Positions 57,339-59,525 of a DNA stretch of 59,525 bases are shown piece by piece. The translations under genes and the position numbers were made by a program. Source of the stretch: a virus. Lineage: Duplodnaviria; Caudoviricetes. The first letter of the stretch is position 1; every line of letters starts with the position of its first letter. The notes under the pieces were generated by a model, which saw nothing but the letters and a program-made list of their open reading frames with translations, had not been told where the DNA came from and searched no databases. Location of the stretch: positions 1 to 59,525 of the IMG/VR virus record IMGVR_UViG_3300044530_001484. One strand, written 5' to 3'.

Positions 57339-58585
57339 AGTAAGTTTTCTATATTTGAGCTACCCGTATTTACTTTAGAAATGTTAGCTTTTTGAAGTTT
57401 TATATCTTTAGCAGATCCTGTACGTACAAGATTGATTTGATTAGGTAAGAATCCACCTGAAGCATTTCTTATATCGAAACTATAATTACCTTTATCAGTA
57501 ATAATAACTATAGATATATTTTTTCTCGATCTCCTATTATTAATATAATAAGGATATTTGACTTTAACTTCGGTTATATCACCTATAAATTCATTAAGCT
57601 TATCCTCATCAGTTACATCAGCTATTTCAAGATTATCCTTTTTGTCTTTTTGTTTTACATATATATAACCGTAATCAAATGCTGATCCAAGAAACTTATA
57701 TAGTTCATCTTTATCCGCCTTATCTGTAACGTCGTGTGTTTCTGTTAAATAGGGAACTGATTGTACCTTTTCTTTATAATCTTCAAGACCGCGAACTGCT
57801 GCTTTAATATTAACAGCTCCAGCTTCCATAAGATCTTTACCTATATTATTTTTCTCCTTATTAGTAAATTTAACTTGATCATCCTCAATACCAAACATAC
57901 CTTTAGCACCAGCATTTGATACTGTTTTACCACCAATATTTTTAAGTGATATAAAGTATTTTTTATTATTAGTATCTATAAGGGTGATATCAGAAATTTC
58001 ATCTCCTTTATCTTCAGGACCTTTACTCGTTAACGGCCTTTTTACACGTCTACTGAATGTTTGCGTTTTATCGAGACCATCAAACTCTACATCTAAAGCA
58101 CTCTCAAGTTTATCTAAAAAAGATGGTTTATCAGCTCCTTCTTCTTTATTATCAAAATATTGCTCGAGCTCTTCTAATAGACGTCGCTCGTACTCCATAC
58201 CTTCATTCGAGAAACTACCACCACCGAGAGTAATAGTAAACTCATTATTTGATACTTCATCTTTAACTATATATGAAGGAAATTTACCGGATGGTGAATC
58301 GGGATCGCCTGGTAAAATTGAACCGACTATAATAAGATTGATTTCATCGAGGGTTTTTAAGAAATCTTGAGTAAACTGCTCCTTATCTTCAACTTTTTTA
58401 ATAGGCTGAAATCTAATTGATCCTTTCTTACCTGATCCGCCGCGTACATCTGGGTTGGCATTTACAACAGCTTTTTCTACGTCCTTTTTTGTATTGAACT
58501 CACGTACAATAAATCTATCAGGAACAACTTTACCTGCTTCGGATATTTGTTGTCTGTATATATTAGCTAGTTGTTTGTTACGCAT
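57335..58585 (-). CDS. Hypothetical protein, possible PD-(D/E)xK nuclease fold
   Basis: GMEYE...ISDITL..FISLK pattern. Confidence 0.45.
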   Translation of the reverse strand: MRNKQLANIYRQQISEAGKVVPDRFIVREFNTKKDVEKAVVNANPDVRGGSGKKGSIRFQPIKKVEDKEQFTQDFLKTLDEINLIIVGSILPGDPDSPSGKFPSYIVKDEVSNNEFTITLGGGSFSNEGMEYERRLLEELEQYFDNKEEGADKPSFLDKLESALDVEFDGLDKTQTFSRRVKRPLTSKGPEDKGDEISDITLIDTNNKKYFISLKNIGGKTVSNAGAKGMFGIEDDQVKFTNKEKNNIGKDLMEAGAVNIKAAVRGLEDYKEKVQSVPYLTETHDVTDKADKDELYKFLGSAFDYGYIYVKQKDKKDNLEIADVTDEDKLNEFIGDITEVKVKYPYYINNRRSRKNISIVIITDKGNYSFDIRNASGGFLPNQINLVRTGSAKDIKLQKANISKVNTGSSNIENLL

Positions 58586-59264
58586 TTGCTAGATCGCTTT
58601 CTATATCTATATCTGATTCTTGACCGAGAAGATCCTTAATAGTTGTTACTATTTTTTCAGGGTCTACTTCTGAAAATTCATTAACAATAGGCTTTAATAT
58701 TATTAATTCCTCATCTGTAGGTACATGTAATAAAGATTGAAGTATAAGCTCTTTATACAGTGGAAATATTTCAGCTAAGTTTAATTTATTTACATCAGAT
58801 GTATTACTAGGTGTAGTGGTGGGTGTTGAAGTACCTGCTTGATTAACTGCTTGAGGTTCAGTTGCATCTGCTGGCTGCTCAAATAGAAATATATAACTAT
58901 TTAGTAAGCTTAAAGTCTTAGATTCTATTTTTAAACTATGATCTAAACTAAGTATAGATTTTATTTCTTCTATAATCTTTGATATAGGTATATTAACAGA
59001 TTGCTTAATTTCATTAATTTTATTAAAAATAAAAGTTTGTTTATTTTTGTCAAATAGAGACGGGTTAAATATAAATGAATTAGTCAAAATCTTAATAACA
59101 TACTTTTCATTTTCATCTAAAGGCGTAATTACTGCTTCAGGTGGTACTGTCGCCTCTGGGGGAGCTATATTAGCGGGAGACTCTTCTGGAACCTGAGTTT
59201 CTGTTGCAGGCTCCTGTTCATTAAGTATTCTATAGTACTTTTTAAGTAATTGATCTGTTTTCAT
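58578..59264 (-). CDS. Hypothetical protein with internal duplication
   Basis: EQEPATE and EQPADATE segments are each followed by a Pro/Thr linker and a helical block. Confidence 0.55.
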   Translation of the reverse strand: MKTDQLLKKYYRILNEQEPATETQVPEESPANIAPPEATVPPEAVITPLDENEKYVIKILTNSFIFNPSLFDKNKQTFIFNKINEIKQSVNIPISKIIEEIKSILSLDHSLKIESKTLSLLNSYIFLFEQPADATEPQAVNQAGTSTPTTTPSNTSDVNKLNLAEIFPLYKELILQSLLHVPTDEELIILKPIVNEFSEVDPEKIVTTIKDLLGQESDIDIESDLANA

Positions 59265-59272
59265 GCAATAGT

Positions 59273-59524
59273 TTAATAATTTGGTGTTACTGGTCTATTT
59301 GCTGCAGTAGTTATGTTTTTTGCAACCTTGACAATGGCGTTTGAAACATCAGTTCTCGCTTTAAGTACTTGAGGATTATTTTTAAGGCGTGCAGGATTTG
59401 TATTCAGTACACCTGTTATTATTTCATCCTCACCTTCTTCCTCTTCTGTAGATTGTGAGATATGTTTAAGTTCTAAATCAATAACTTTATCACCTATTGT
59501 AATAGTTACAATATCTTTAAATGT
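59273..59524 (-). CDS. Hypothetical protein (5' partial)
   Basis: Open frame TFKDIVTITIGDK...RPVTPNY* running off the window end; not in the track. Confidence 0.55.
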   Translation of the reverse strand, partial: TFKDIVTITIGDKVIDLELKHISQSTEEEEGEDEIITGVLNTNPARLKNNPQVLKARTDVSNAIVKVAKNITTAANRPVTPNY

Positions 59525-59525
59525 T

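Noticed and set aside
57984-58370. 128-aa plus-strand ORF (likewise 27975..28352 and 50824..51156)
   Set aside because: These are Ser/Leu-rich antisense shadows of well-supported genes.
1-59525. Stop-codon reassignment, tRNA genes, introns or inteins
   Set aside because: Core genes are full length in the standard code, intergenic gaps are short, and no cloverleaf or intein motifs were recognised by eye. A tRNA/covariance scan was not run.

Overview
This AT-rich window is a segment of a large T4-like (myovirus) phage genome in the standard genetic code, with no tRNA, rRNA or CRISPR array recognised. It holds the head, neck and baseplate genes (gp23, gp22, gp21, gp20, gp13, gp15, gp4, a split gp5), replication accessories (gp62-like, GroES/gp31-like, DinG-like helicase), an nrdB-nrdA pair with class Id signature residues, and two glycosyl-/methyltransferase islands (about 20 genes). 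It also holds a dispersed 7-deazaguanine pathway: folE, queD, queE and queF, plus a TGT/DpdA-like gene, a PurN-like formyltransferase and a P-loop kinase. This predicts formyl-preQ1-type DNA modification; no queC is visible. Two promoter classes can be read from the DNA: TAAATA late-type motifs and TTGANN-N16/17-TANNAT sigma70-type motifs, both mostly 5-8 nt before the start codon (apparently leaderless) and often back-to-back. At the right end is a cluster of enzymes whose N-termini resemble T4 capsid-targeting peptides, suggesting a virion-packaged enzyme set. All calls come from motif recognition by eye; no searches were run.
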